This document shows positions 1 to 9,045 of a stretch of 23,069 bases of DNA, one piece after another. The notes beneath the pieces are model-generated. The model did no database searches. It was not told the DNA's origin and worked only from the letters and a program-made list of their open reading frames with translations. The first letter of the stretch is position 1, and every line of letters begins with the position of its first letter. A program made the position numbers and the translations under genes. Source of the stretch: a bacterium (GTDB lineage Bacteria; CALINM01); contig JBEQAF010000029.1 in assembly GCA_041640455.1 (NCBI GenBank), positions 1 to 23,069 of the forward strand, given 5' to 3'.

Positions 1-341
1 CCATGATAAATGCTATACAGGATGAAGTTCAGAAAGTGGTTGTTTCTATGAATGAATGTAGTTCAAGAGTTGTTACTGGAGTTGAATACTCAAAGAACGC
101 CGGTACTTCTCTGGAGGAGATAGTTAAAAGCGTTGATAATCTTCAATCAATGGTTCAGCAGATCGCTTCTGCTACAGAAGAGATGTCCTCCGTATCTGAA
201 CAGATTAGCAATGATATAGAAACAATTGCCAATGTGACTAAAGAAACCTCATCAGGCTCTGAACAGGTCGCTCAGTCGGCTTCAAGCCTATCTAAGCTTG
301 CCAATCAGATAAACAGTATTGTTAATAAGTTTAAAGTTTAG
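1..341 (+). CDS. Methyl-accepting chemotaxis protein, C-terminal signalling/methylation region (5'-truncated by window edge)
   Basis: The translation is an MCP heptad coiled-coil with methylation-helix motifs (LEEIVKSV, QQIASATEEMSSVSEQISNDI, SEQVAQSASSL) and the typical terminal ..VNKFKV. The ATG at 3 is probably internal. Confidence 0.92.
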   Translation, partial: MINAIQDEVQKVVVSMNECSSRVVTGVEYSKNAGTSLEEIVKSVDNLQSMVQQIASATEEMSSVSEQISNDIETIANVTKETSSGSEQVAQSASSLSKLANQINSIVNKFKV

Positions 342-349
342 CAGTTTTT

Positions 350-383
350 GCCACCTTTAGGTTAAATCTGAAGGTGGCTTTTT
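350..383 (+). terminator. Rho-independent terminator of the MCP gene
   Basis: GCCACCTTTAG (350-360), a 7-nt loop, CTGAAGGTGGC (368-378; one G-U pair), then TTTTT. It begins 8 nt after the TAG stop. Confidence 0.85.
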
Positions 384-417
384 CATAAACCAAGAAAAAT
401 AAAATTACATACCATCG

Positions 418-462
418 AAAGATTTTTCTCTCTTAAATTAGAATTTGGAGAGAAAAATTTTT
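418..462 (-). terminator. Long AT-rich hairpin downstream of amrB, probable minus-strand terminator or 3' stabiliser
   Basis: Perfect inverted repeat ATTTTTCTCTC (422-432) / GAGAGAAAAAT (448-458), extendable to 418-462, about 15 nt past the amrB stop. Confidence 0.55.
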
Positions 463-475
463 AAGGCTTTGAATT

Positions 476-1282
476 TCACATAATTATTATACCTGCATAG
501 CCTACCACATAGTCAAATTCACCGCTTACCTCGCCAGATGTGGCATATTTGATTAGCTCGGCTTTTTTTGCTCCGAGAACTTTTGCCGCTTCAATACCAC
601 ATATGGCAGGATATAATCCACACATGGTTATTTCATAATCCCTGCAGGTATCAAGAAGCTCTTTGCTGTTTAAATCCAGTATCTTTTCTATGGCTCTTCT
701 GTCGTTTTTCATAGCCCAATCATGGCTCACATAGTGAGACATGTCTGAACTGATCACAATCAGAACCTGTTTTTTGTAATCTCTTACAGCTTCACCAATT
801 GATATACCAACCTCTTTTAACTTATCATAAGCTCCACTCATAATAGTCAGAGGCACTATTGATATCTCAGGATTAATCTCAAAAAGAAATGGCAGTTGTA
901 CTTCAAGGGAATGCTCCCTCATGTGAGCCAGATAGTCGCTCTGAATGCTGCTGTTTTTGTTTTTTATTAATTCAGCAAGCTCCCTGTTTATTGGTATGTC
1001 GCCCAGCGGTATCTCCCATAGCCCCTCGTCCATGATGGAAAACTGTCTGCCCATTCCGGTATGGTTTGGTCCCAGTAAAATTATATCATCCGGGATATTT
1101 ACTGATGAATAGACATGACCCGCCACACTTCCAGAGTAGATATATCCCGCATGAGGTGCTATCACCGCAATGGCAGATATTTTGGTAAGATTTTTTTTAA
1201 TGTAGCTATTAACTATCTGTCTTAGTTTCTCGGGGTTTGATGGATAAAACTGCCCCGAAACAGCGGGCTCTCTGGTTATCAT
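476..1282 (-). CDS. amrB: AmmeMemoRadiSam system protein B (MEMO1 family)
   Basis: N-terminal REPAVSGQFYP, plus PHAGYIYSG, LGPNH, EHSLEVQLPFL, SSDMSHY, MCG, YATSG and terminal VVGYAG motifs. GAGG SD at 1291-1288. Confidence 0.93.
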   Translation of the reverse strand: MITREPAVSGQFYPSNPEKLRQIVNSYIKKNLTKISAIAVIAPHAGYIYSGSVAGHVYSSVNIPDDIILLGPNHTGMGRQFSIMDEGLWEIPLGDIPINRELAELIKNKNSSIQSDYLAHMREHSLEVQLPFLFEINPEISIVPLTIMSGAYDKLKEVGISIGEAVRDYKKQVLIVISSDMSHYVSHDWAMKNDRRAIEKILDLNSKELLDTCRDYEITMCGLYPAICGIEAAKVLGAKKAELIKYATSGEVSGEFDYVVGYAGIIIM

Positions 1283-1300
1283 ATTTGCCTCGATAATCTA

Positions 1301-1328
1301 ATTATATTGGTTAATTAAAAAAAATCAA
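1301..1328 (-). promoter_or_regulatory. Sigma70-type promoter for amrB
   Basis: Minus strand TTGATT (1328-1323), 16 bp spacer, perfect TATAAT (1306-1301), in the 58-bp gap upstream of amrB. Confidence 0.6.
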
Positions 1329-1340
1329 GCAGCCAATCTG

Positions 1341-2246
1341 TTAAGGATTTTCTACGAGATTGCTTTTGTAACAGAGCACTCTCGAAGTGAGATTTTTGTT
1401 TAATAAGCTCTCTATAAATTTTGAGGCTTTAATAAGATTGGTAAGATTTATGCCTGTTTCTACGCCGGCTCTATGAAAAAGATATACAACATCTTCAGTG
1501 GAGAGGTTTCCTGCTGCTCCTGGAGAATTTGGACAGCCACCGAGACCACCAGCTGAGGACTCAAATTTTCTAATCCCCATCTCATAGCCCTTGTAAACAG
1601 ATGCTATGGCACAGCCCATAGTATTATGTATATGCAAACCAAAACTTTTTATATCAAATCTTTTTTCAAGATATGTCAATAACTTTTCAACTTCAGGTGG
1701 TGCAACAACTCCCATAGTATCGCACAGGGTTATCTCCTCTATCCCTATGTTTTTTATTTTATCAACCACTTTTGCTACTTTTTCAGGCTCTATAGCCCCC
1801 TCGAAAGGACATTCAAAAGCGGTAGATAAACTTGCCTTAATCTTTATTCCTTTCTCATCGCAGATTTTTTTCATATTCTTAAACTGACTTAAAGAGTTTT
1901 CAATACTGGAGTTAAGATTTTTCTGATTGAAGCTTTCAGATGCGGCAACAAAGAATACTGCCTTGGTAAAACTTGTATCCAGAGCCCTTTTTAAGCCGTT
2001 AAGATTGGGTATAAGCACAGAAATTTCTACATCCCTGACATCTTTTATACCTTCCAGCACATCTTTTGCATCCGCAAGCTGGGGGATAACTTTGGGGCTG
2101 ACAAAGGATGTAATTTCCAGCTCTTTAATACCTGCTTGAATTAAAAGCCTTATGAATTTTATCTTTAATTCTGAAGGGACGAGGAGCTTTTCGTTTTGTA
2201 AGCCGTCTCTTGGTCCTACCTCTATGATTTTAACAGAATTTTTCAT
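1341..2246 (-). CDS. hmgL: Hydroxymethylglutaryl-CoA lyase (LiuE/YngG-like, DRE-TIM metallolyase)
   Basis: EVGPRDGLQNE, EITSFVSPK, AASESF, DTMG, metal-binding HxH (HIHNT) and the GLGGCP..PGAAGN catalytic Cys loop. Confidence 0.9.
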   Translation of the reverse strand: MKNSVKIIEVGPRDGLQNEKLLVPSELKIKFIRLLIQAGIKELEITSFVSPKVIPQLADAKDVLEGIKDVRDVEISVLIPNLNGLKRALDTSFTKAVFFVAASESFNQKNLNSSIENSLSQFKNMKKICDEKGIKIKASLSTAFECPFEGAIEPEKVAKVVDKIKNIGIEEITLCDTMGVVAPPEVEKLLTYLEKRFDIKSFGLHIHNTMGCAIASVYKGYEMGIRKFESSAGGLGGCPNSPGAAGNLSTEDVVYLFHRAGVETGINLTNLIKASKFIESLLNKNLTSRVLCYKSNLVENP

Positions 2247-2252
2247 CGGGAC

Positions 2253-2281
2253 ATTATAGAGATTTTTCTAAAATTATTCTA
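2253..2281 (-). promoter_or_regulatory. Candidate internal promoter giving a leaderless hmgL transcript
   Basis: Perfect TATAAT (2258-2253) lies 6 nt before the ATG (2246) and there is no SD. A weak -35 TAGAAT (2281-2276) sits at 17 bp. Confidence 0.45.
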
Positions 2282-3065
2282 CAAAGTTTGCTTTTCTTTT
2301 TTCAAGAAAGGCGCTAATCCCCTCCTGCCCCTCTCTGGATACCCTTGCTTTAGCTATTACTTTAGGAGCCATCTGTCTTCTTTCTTCCATTCTGTTCTCA
2401 AGCTGATAAGATATAAGCTTTTTAGTCTCTTCTATGGCTTTTGGACCTACAGAAAGTAACTGCTTTATAATATTTTTAAGTCTTTCATTCATCCTTTCAA
2501 AGTCCTCTTCCACATAGTTAACAAGACCTATCTCTTTTGCCACAGCTGTGTCAAATAATGCACCCGTTATTAGATACTCCCTCAATGCTGGAAAGTTTAT
2601 CTTTTTGACCAGATATGATGAGATTACCGCTGGCACCAGCCCGAGCTTTACTTCAGTAAAACCAAATTTTGTATCTTTATGAGAGATTACAATATCTGAA
2701 GAAGCCAGTATCCCCGTTCCGCCTCCAAATACCCCACCTTGCACATAGCATATTACAGCCTTAGGAGAGCTATAAATACTATAGAACATTCCATCAAGCC
2801 CTCTCGCATCCTTTTCGTTCTCTTCTTCTGTATAGTCCTTCATTTTTTTCATCCAGTTTAGATCTGCTCCAGCACAGAAAGATTTCCCCTCGCCCTTTAT
2901 TACAACCACCCTTGCATCGGACTGGTTTATTCTGTCAAAGGCGTGGGTAACTTCCGCAATCATCTCTTCATTGAAGGCATTATGCAGTTCCGGTCTGTTT
3001 AGCAGCAGATAAATCACCCTGCCTTCCTCAGATATTTTTATGTGTTTATAATCGTAGCCTGACAT
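2274..3065 (-). CDS. Enoyl-CoA hydratase/isomerase family protein, LiuC-like methylglutaconyl-CoA hydratase
   Basis: LNRPELHNAF and FCAGADLNWMK. GGGTGIL has Gly where crotonase has its first Glu, as in LiuC-type enzymes. Also FTEVKLGLVPA and EGQEGISAFLEKRK. Adjacent to HMG-CoA lyase. Confidence 0.8.
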   Translation of the reverse strand: MSGYDYKHIKISEEGRVIYLLLNRPELHNAFNEEMIAEVTHAFDRINQSDARVVVIKGEGKSFCAGADLNWMKKMKDYTEEENEKDARGLDGMFYSIYSSPKAVICYVQGGVFGGGTGILASSDIVISHKDTKFGFTEVKLGLVPAVISSYLVKKINFPALREYLITGALFDTAVAKEIGLVNYVEEDFERMNERLKNIIKQLLSVGPKAIEETKKLISYQLENRMEERRQMAPKVIAKARVSREGQEGISAFLEKRKANFVE

Positions 3066-3079
3066 AAAAGTCTCCTCTA

Positions 3080-4045
3080 CTAAAGTTGTTTAATGGTCAT
3101 ACCTTTGATTTTGACAAACTCTTCAAGAATTTTGCCTGCCAGACTGTATGGATCTATCGCCTTTTCTTCCAGCTCCTTTTCCCAGCCAATCCATCTATCA
3201 TCTGTTATTACGGCTTCTACAATCGCCTTCTGGATCTCACCAGTAAGTATCTTTTCGAAGAGTTTTTTTGATCTTTCAGTAAAAAATTTTTTGAATAACC
3301 CATTCTGCTCCAGATAATTTTTATGTTCTAAAAGTTTATTTACCAGCTCATCTATGCCTTTGCCAGAGTTTGCTTCCACCAAAAGCACTGGTGGTCTGTA
3401 TTTTCCTTCCCAGCTTACCATATCAAGCATACCGGTTATCTCTTTATAAGTCCTATCCGCACCTTCTCTATCTGCTTTGTTGATAACAAATATGTTTCCT
3501 ATCTCCATTACACCTGCCTTAATCGCCTGAACATCATCCCCGAGGCCTGGAACAGTAACAAGCACAGTGGTGTGAGCCAGATCTACCACCTCTATCTCAT
3601 CCTGACCAACACCAACAGTCTCCAGAATTATTACATCCTTCCCCATGGCGTCCATAACGAGACATATCTCTTCGGTAGATGCGGTAAGACCACCCAGATG
3701 TCCTCTACTTGCAAGACTTCTGATAAAAACATCCGGATCATTGCTGTGTCTTTGCATTCTTATGCGATCACCAAGTATAGCGCCACCTGTAAAAGGGCTG
3801 GATGGATCAACGGCTATGACACCTACTTTTTTATTATCCTTTCTAAAAGCCGCTATTAGCTGATCAACAAGTGTACTTTTACCCGCCCCCGGTGGACCAG
3901 TAATGCCTATTATGTAAGATCTACCTGTATATCTATAAATCTTTTTAAGCTCTTCTTTTCCATCTTTTATCTCATCATCCAGGAGCCTCATCAGCCTTGC
4001 CGATGACCGGATATCTCCCTCTAAAACTTTTTCAGCCAATGACAT
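3080..4045 (-). CDS. meaB: Acyl-CoA mutase-associated GTPase chaperone MeaB
   Basis: Walker A GPPGAGKS, VDPSSPFTGGAILGDRIRM, ETVGVGQDE, GDDVQAIKAG and NKAD. Lies near B12 mutase genes. Confidence 0.95.
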   Translation of the reverse strand: MSLAEKVLEGDIRSSARLMRLLDDEIKDGKEELKKIYRYTGRSYIIGITGPPGAGKSTLVDQLIAAFRKDNKKVGVIAVDPSSPFTGGAILGDRIRMQRHSNDPDVFIRSLASRGHLGGLTASTEEICLVMDAMGKDVIILETVGVGQDEIEVVDLAHTTVLVTVPGLGDDVQAIKAGVMEIGNIFVINKADREGADRTYKEITGMLDMVSWEGKYRPPVLLVEANSGKGIDELVNKLLEHKNYLEQNGLFKKFFTERSKKLFEKILTGEIQKAIVEAVITDDRWIGWEKELEEKAIDPYSLAGKILEEFVKIKGMTIKQL

Positions 4046-4064
4046 CTATTCACCTTTCCCAATT

Positions 4065-5231
4065 TTATATAATTTTACCTAAACCGAGATGTCTTGCTAT
4101 AACAACTCTCTGAATCTCAGATGTACCTTCCCCTACTTCCAGCAATCTCTGGTCTCTATAAAATCTTTCTATGGCATACTCCTTCATTAATCCGTAACCG
4201 CCGTGAATCTGCTGTGAATGCCAGACAACGGTTCTCATTACTTCGGAACAGTAAAGCTTTGCCATAGCAGCCTCCTTCCCGAAGGGTTTTTTGTTGTCTG
4301 CCAGCCAGCAAGCCTTATAAAGTAGATGTCTGGCTGCCTCGATCAATGTGGCGCAATCTGCCAGTTTAAAGGCATTTACCTGAAACTCCCCTATTTTCTT
4401 TCCAAACTGAACACGCTCCTGCGCATATTTTAAACCCAGTTCAAAAGCACCCTGTGCGCCGCCCAGCCCCATTGCAGCTATTGACAATCTACCACCATCA
4501 AGGGTTTTTAACATCTGTTTGAATCCGTCTCCTCTTTTGCCCAAAAGATTCTCCTTAGGCACTCTACAGTCTGTAAAATACAACTCGGCAGTATTGCTTG
4601 CTCTCCAGACCATCTTTTTGTGCATGGCTTTCTTTTCAAGCCCCTTTGCATCTGCCGGTACTAATATACAGCTCATTTCAGGTTTTCCGTCTGATAGTGT
4701 GCCGGTTCTTGCCTGAACTACTATTACACCTGTAAGATCGTTTGCACCGTTAGTAATAAATATTTTGCTGCCGTTTATGACCCATTCGTTGCCATCAAGT
4801 ACTGCACTGGTCTGAGAGCTTCCTGCATCTGAGCCTGCGTTTGGCTCCGTAAGTCCAAATGCCGCAAGTATCTCTCCAGAACAGAGCTTGGGTAGCCAGT
4901 ACTGTTTCTGTTCTTCATTACCAAAGTAGTAAATGGGCGATATGCCTAAGGAGTTTCCTGCCGCAATCGTTGCCGCCTGAGAGGCATCAATTCTTGCAAG
5001 CTCTTCCACAACTATTATGTAAGACAGATAGTCAAGTCCTGCTCCGCCGTACTGTTCGGGTACAATTAATCCAAAAAAACCCATATCTGCCATCTTTTGG
5101 GTAAGTTCATAGGAGAACTCTTCCTTCTCATCAAGCTCTTCTGCTCTTGGCGCTATCTCCTTTTCTGCAAAGTTTCTTACAGTCTTTCTAAGCGCCTCCT
5201 GCTCCGCTGTCAGGTCAAACGATATAGCCAT
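4065..5231 (-). CDS. Acyl-CoA dehydrogenase, YngJ-like (probable isovaleryl-CoA dehydrogenase)
   Basis: FGLTEPNAGSDA, GSKIFITN, LDGGRLS, ERVQFGK and QIHGGYG. The C-terminal LLEVGEGTSEIQ has Gly before the catalytic Glu, leaving room for a beta-branch. Confidence 0.88.
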   Translation of the reverse strand: MAISFDLTAEQEALRKTVRNFAEKEIAPRAEELDEKEEFSYELTQKMADMGFFGLIVPEQYGGAGLDYLSYIIVVEELARIDASQAATIAAGNSLGISPIYYFGNEEQKQYWLPKLCSGEILAAFGLTEPNAGSDAGSSQTSAVLDGNEWVINGSKIFITNGANDLTGVIVVQARTGTLSDGKPEMSCILVPADAKGLEKKAMHKKMVWRASNTAELYFTDCRVPKENLLGKRGDGFKQMLKTLDGGRLSIAAMGLGGAQGAFELGLKYAQERVQFGKKIGEFQVNAFKLADCATLIEAARHLLYKACWLADNKKPFGKEAAMAKLYCSEVMRTVVWHSQQIHGGYGLMKEYAIERFYRDQRLLEVGEGTSEIQRVVIARHLGLGKII

Positions 5232-5269
5232 AACTCCTCCCTATAATATTTATTTGAATTATTTTCCAC

Positions 5270-5668
5270 TCATACCTTGGGTTTAATATTTTCATTAGCC
5301 CATTTAACAATACTCTCAAGGGATGTGCCTGGCGTAAAAAGCTCTGCCACGCCTTGATTTTTTAAATAAGTAATATCTTCTTCCGGTATAATCCCACCAC
5401 CAAATAAAACAATATCCGTTGCATTCTTTTCCTTCAAAAGCTCCAGCACTCTTGTAAATAGATAATTATGAGCTCCAGATAGCACACTCATACCTATGGC
5501 ATCCACATCCTCCTGAAGGGCTATGTTGATCACCTCTTCCGGTGTTTGATGGAGCCCTGTATATATCACTTCAAAGCCGGCATCTCTTAAAGCCCTTGCC
5601 ACAATCTTTACACCTCTGTCATGACCATCGAGTCCGGGTTTTGCCATCAATATCCTGACTTTTCTCAT
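5270..5668 (-). CDS. icmB: Cobalamin-binding small subunit of acyl-CoA mutase (IcmB-type)
   Basis: [11 protein letters not shown] (DxHxxG base-off/His-on motif), SVLSGAH, GGGIIP and FTPG. Directly follows the large subunit. Confidence 0.88.
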   Translation of the reverse strand: MRKVRILMAKPGLDGHDRGVKIVARALRDAGFEVIYTGLHQTPEEVINIALQEDVDAIGMSVLSGAHNYLFTRVLELLKEKNATDIVLFGGGIIPEEDITYLKNQGVAELFTPGTSLESIVKWANENIKPKV

Positions 5669-5695
5669 ATCTTGAAAACCTCCGATAATTTAAAT

Positions 5696-7360
5696 CTAAA
5701 ACATTGCCGGTTCTTTATATTCACCGAAAACTTCTTTAAGTGTATCCACAATCTCTCCTATGGTGGCATAGGATTTTACAGCCTGATAGATGAATGGTAT
5801 AAGATTGTCCTTACCCTGAGCCGCCTTTTTAAGCTCTCTTAATGAGTTTTCCCATGCCTTGCTGTCCCTCGTTCTTCTTACTTCTCTGGTGCGCTCTATC
5901 TGCTTTTTTTCAACCTCCTCATCTATCTTGAGTATGGGGATTGGTATCTCTTCCTGCATAATATATTTATTCACACCTACTATGGTCTTTTCTCCCTTAT
6001 CAACTGCCTGCTGATACCAGTAGGCATGGTCCATAATCTCCCTTTGAGGATAACCATGTTCAATGGCTTTTACCATACCACCAAGATTGTCTATCTTTCT
6101 GAAATATTCATAGGCACCATTTTCCATATCGTTGGTTAGCTTTTCTATAAAATAAGAGCCGCCAAGCGGATCTATGGTATTTACTACCCCGGACTCTTCG
6201 GCAATTATCTGCTGCGTCCTTAGTGCAACCGTAACAGCAAGCTCAGTGGGTAGCGCCAATGTCTCATCCATAGAGTTGGTATGCAGTGACTGAGTTCCAC
6301 CAAGCACAGCTGCCAGAGCCTGAATGGTTACTCTTACAATATTGTTCAATGGCTGTTGGGCAGTAAGGCTGCATCCAGCTGTCTGGGTATGAAATCGTAA
6401 CATCCAGCTTCTCGGATCTTTTGCCTTGTAGGTCTCTCTCATCTCTCTTGCCCATATTCTTCTCGCAGCTCTATACTTGGCAATCTCTTCAAAAAAGTCA
6501 TTGTGAGCATTAAAGAAGAAAGACAGTCTTGGAGCAAAATCATCCACATTAAGTCCAGCCTCAATCCCTGCCTCCACATATGTTAGACCATCCTTCAGCG
6601 TAAAGGCGAGCTCCTGCAATGCAGATGATCCTGCCTCTCTTATGTGATAGCCCGATATGGAGATGGTATTCCATCTGGGCACATGTCTTGAACAGAAGGC
6701 AAAGATGTCTGTAATAAGCCTTAGAGATGGGGTAGGGGGAAATAACCATGATTTCTGAGCAATATACTCTTTTAGTATATCATTCTGAATGGTCCCGCCA
6801 ATCTTGTCCCATGAAACACCCTGCTTTTCTGCTACAGCCATATACATACACAGAAGGATTGAAGCAGGTCCGTTGATTGTCATAGATGTGGTAACCTGAT
6901 CAAGCGGTATGCCGTTGAAAAGCACCTCCATGTCAGCAAGGGAATCTATAGCCACACCGCATTTACCCACCTCGCCACGAGCTCTCGGACTGTCTGAATC
7001 AACACCCATAAGTGTTGGCATATGAAAAGCCACAGACAATCCTGTCTGTCCCTGAGACAGCAGATATTTATATCTGTTGTTAGTATCCTCGGCGGTTCCG
7101 AAACCCGCAAACTGCCTCATGGTCCAGATTTTTCCTCTGTACATGGTGGGCTGAACACCCCTCGTATAGGGATACTCTCCGGGGAATCCAAGCTCATTCA
7201 GATAGTCAAAGCCTTCCAGATCTACGGGGGTATAAAGCCTTTTTATCTCCTGATTTGAAAGGGTTGTAAATTTTTCATTCCTTTCTGGATTTTTTTTAAG
7301 ATGCTTTTCCAGAATATCTTTTTCCCATAGCTCTAAACTGTCTTTTATTCTTCCGTTCAT
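5696..7360 (-). CDS. icmA: B12-dependent acyl-CoA mutase large (substrate-binding) subunit, isobutyryl-CoA mutase type
   Basis: [18 protein letters not shown] (Phe84 at the MCM Tyr89 site), [14 protein letters not shown] (Gln202 at the MCM Arg207 site), [21 protein letters not shown] and DPLGGSY. No B12 domain is fused. Confidence 0.85.
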   Translation of the reverse strand: MNGRIKDSLELWEKDILEKHLKKNPERNEKFTTLSNQEIKRLYTPVDLEGFDYLNELGFPGEYPYTRGVQPTMYRGKIWTMRQFAGFGTAEDTNNRYKYLLSQGQTGLSVAFHMPTLMGVDSDSPRARGEVGKCGVAIDSLADMEVLFNGIPLDQVTTSMTINGPASILLCMYMAVAEKQGVSWDKIGGTIQNDILKEYIAQKSWLFPPTPSLRLITDIFAFCSRHVPRWNTISISGYHIREAGSSALQELAFTLKDGLTYVEAGIEAGLNVDDFAPRLSFFFNAHNDFFEEIAKYRAARRIWAREMRETYKAKDPRSWMLRFHTQTAGCSLTAQQPLNNIVRVTIQALAAVLGGTQSLHTNSMDETLALPTELAVTVALRTQQIIAEESGVVNTIDPLGGSYFIEKLTNDMENGAYEYFRKIDNLGGMVKAIEHGYPQREIMDHAYWYQQAVDKGEKTIVGVNKYIMQEEIPIPILKIDEEVEKKQIERTREVRRTRDSKAWENSLRELKKAAQGKDNLIPFIYQAVKSYATIGEIVDTLKEVFGEYKEPAMF

Positions 7361-7378
7361 AAAACACTCCTGAAAAAA

Positions 7379-7900
7379 TTACCAGTCTATACCTTTTCTT
7401 CCCATTATGCCTTCCTGATTATAATAATGCTTAATCTCCCTGAACTCAGTCACAAGATCAGCAATATCATAAAGCTCTTTGGGCGCATATCTACCTGTAA
7501 GCACAATCTCGTAGTCATTCTTGTCAAGGCCACCTATAACCTTAATAAAATCTCTTAGATCAATTATTCCATAATCCAGCGCTACACATATCTCATCAAG
7601 TATGTAAATTCTATATCTTTTTTCTTCTATGCTTTTTTTAAAAAACTCATACCCCTCAATAGCAAGCTGCTTGTCCATATCTGAGGGGTTTTCCTTTTCC
7701 ACAAAGCATTCTCGGCCAAAGGCAAACATCTCTATATAGGGGTAAAGCAATCTCACCGAGTTTTGTTCGCCATATCCACAGTTTTCACTCTTCATAAACT
7801 GGATTATTAAGGTTTTAAAACAATGTCCTGCGGCTCTCAATGCAAGTCCGAGCGCACAGGTTGTTTTGCCTTTTCCGTCCCCTGTATAAAGATGGATCAA
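7379..7900 (-). CDS. cobO: ATP:cob(I)alamin adenosyltransferase (CobA/CobO/BtuR type)
   Basis: YTGDGKGKTT.ALGLALRA.G, IQFMK, ILDE, LTGR, ADLVTE..EIKH and terminal GID. The TTG start overlaps the upstream TGA (TTGA, 7900-7897). Confidence 0.92.
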   Translation of the reverse strand: MIHLYTGDGKGKTTCALGLALRAAGHCFKTLIIQFMKSENCGYGEQNSVRLLYPYIEMFAFGRECFVEKENPSDMDKQLAIEGYEFFKKSIEEKRYRIYILDEICVALDYGIIDLRDFIKVIGGLDKNDYEIVLTGRYAPKELYDIADLVTEFREIKHYYNQEGIMGRKGIDW

Positions 7901-9036
7901 CTTAATATCTCCCTTGCTATTACTATTCTCTGAACTTCCGATGTGCCTTCATAAATGGTGGTAACCTTTATGTCTCTTAAATATCTCTCAACTGGATACT
8001 CCTTACTGTAACCATACCCACCCAGTATCTGAACCGCTTTAATACAAACCCTGTTAGCAACCTCTGATGCATAAAGCTTTGCCATTGAGCCTTCTTTTGT
8101 ATAAGAAAGCCCTTTCTCTTTCAAAAATGCAGCTCTCAGTACAAGCATCCTTGCTGCATCCAGCTCTGTATAACAATCGGCTAACATAAACTGGATTGCC
8201 TGAAGCTCTGATATGGGTTTTCCAAACTGAACCCTTTCTTTTGCAAAATTTTTTGCATAATCTATCGCCGCATATCCCACACCGAGCGAAAGAGAGGCTA
8301 TACCTATTCGACCTCCAGCCAGCTCCATCAGCGCAATTTTATATCCATCTCCTTCTACCCCCAGAAGATGGTCTTCGGGGACAAAACAGTCGTTAAAAGC
8401 CACCTCGTTTGTAGGAGATGCACACTGCCCCATTTTTTCTTCTTTTTTTCCGATCAGCAACCCTTTAGCATCCTTAGGTACAATAAAGGCAGTGATCCCC
8501 TTTTTACCCTTGCTTTTGTCGGTAACTGCCCATACCACAAAAACCCCTGCTACTTCACCGCTTGTAATAAAAATCTTTGAACCATTAAGAATATATCCTC
8601 CATCTACCTTCTCTGCTCGAGTCTGAATGGCACCAGCATCGGATCCCGCATTGGGTTCTGTAAGACAGAAGGCGCCAGCCAGATAGGTACCGTCACAGAG
8701 AAGAGGAAGATATTTCTTTTTTATCTCTTCACGGGCAAACTCCTGGATTATCTCTGCCACCATGTTTGTTACCGACATGGTAACCGCTACTGATGCACTG
8801 GCTCTTGCGATTTCGGTTACGGCAAGCGAATAGGCAACTGTCCCGGCTTCCTGCCCCCCATACTCTTCCTTAATATTCATACCCATAAAACCAAGCTGGG
8901 CAAGCTCTCTGATAATATCAGCAGGAAAGGTGTGGCTTTCCTCAAACTGGTTGATAACTGGCAGGATACTCTTTTCGGCTATTTTTTTAGCCGTATCTCT
9001 TATCATCTCCTGCTCTTTTGTCAGGTTAAAATCCAT
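7897..9036 (-). CDS. Acyl-CoA dehydrogenase (short/branched-chain)
   Basis: FCLTEPNAGSDA, GSKIFITS, GGRIGIA, ERVQFGK, QILGGYGYSKEYPVER and IYEGTSEVQ. Confidence 0.93.
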   Translation of the reverse strand: MDFNLTKEQEMIRDTAKKIAEKSILPVINQFEESHTFPADIIRELAQLGFMGMNIKEEYGGQEAGTVAYSLAVTEIARASASVAVTMSVTNMVAEIIQEFAREEIKKKYLPLLCDGTYLAGAFCLTEPNAGSDAGAIQTRAEKVDGGYILNGSKIFITSGEVAGVFVVWAVTDKSKGKKGITAFIVPKDAKGLLIGKKEEKMGQCASPTNEVAFNDCFVPEDHLLGVEGDGYKIALMELAGGRIGIASLSLGVGYAAIDYAKNFAKERVQFGKPISELQAIQFMLADCYTELDAARMLVLRAAFLKEKGLSYTKEGSMAKLYASEVANRVCIKAVQILGGYGYSKEYPVERYLRDIKVTTIYEGTSEVQRIVIAREILS

Positions 9037-9045
9037 ATTCTCCCC

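Noticed and set aside
1315..1328. FNR/Crp-like site (ATCAA half-site; similar at 21662-21675)
   Set aside because: Only one half-site matches, in very AT-rich DNA. It is better explained as a -35 element.
5696..7360. Methylmalonyl-CoA mutase or 2-hydroxyisobutyryl-CoA mutase assignment
   Set aside because: The specificity positions are Phe84/Gln202, not Tyr/Arg (MCM) or Ile with Asp at the 111-equivalent (HCM). No epimerase is present.
5232..7900. Cobalamin riboswitch near the B12 genes
   Set aside because: The intergenic gaps here are under 40 bp, far too short, and no B12-box was seen.
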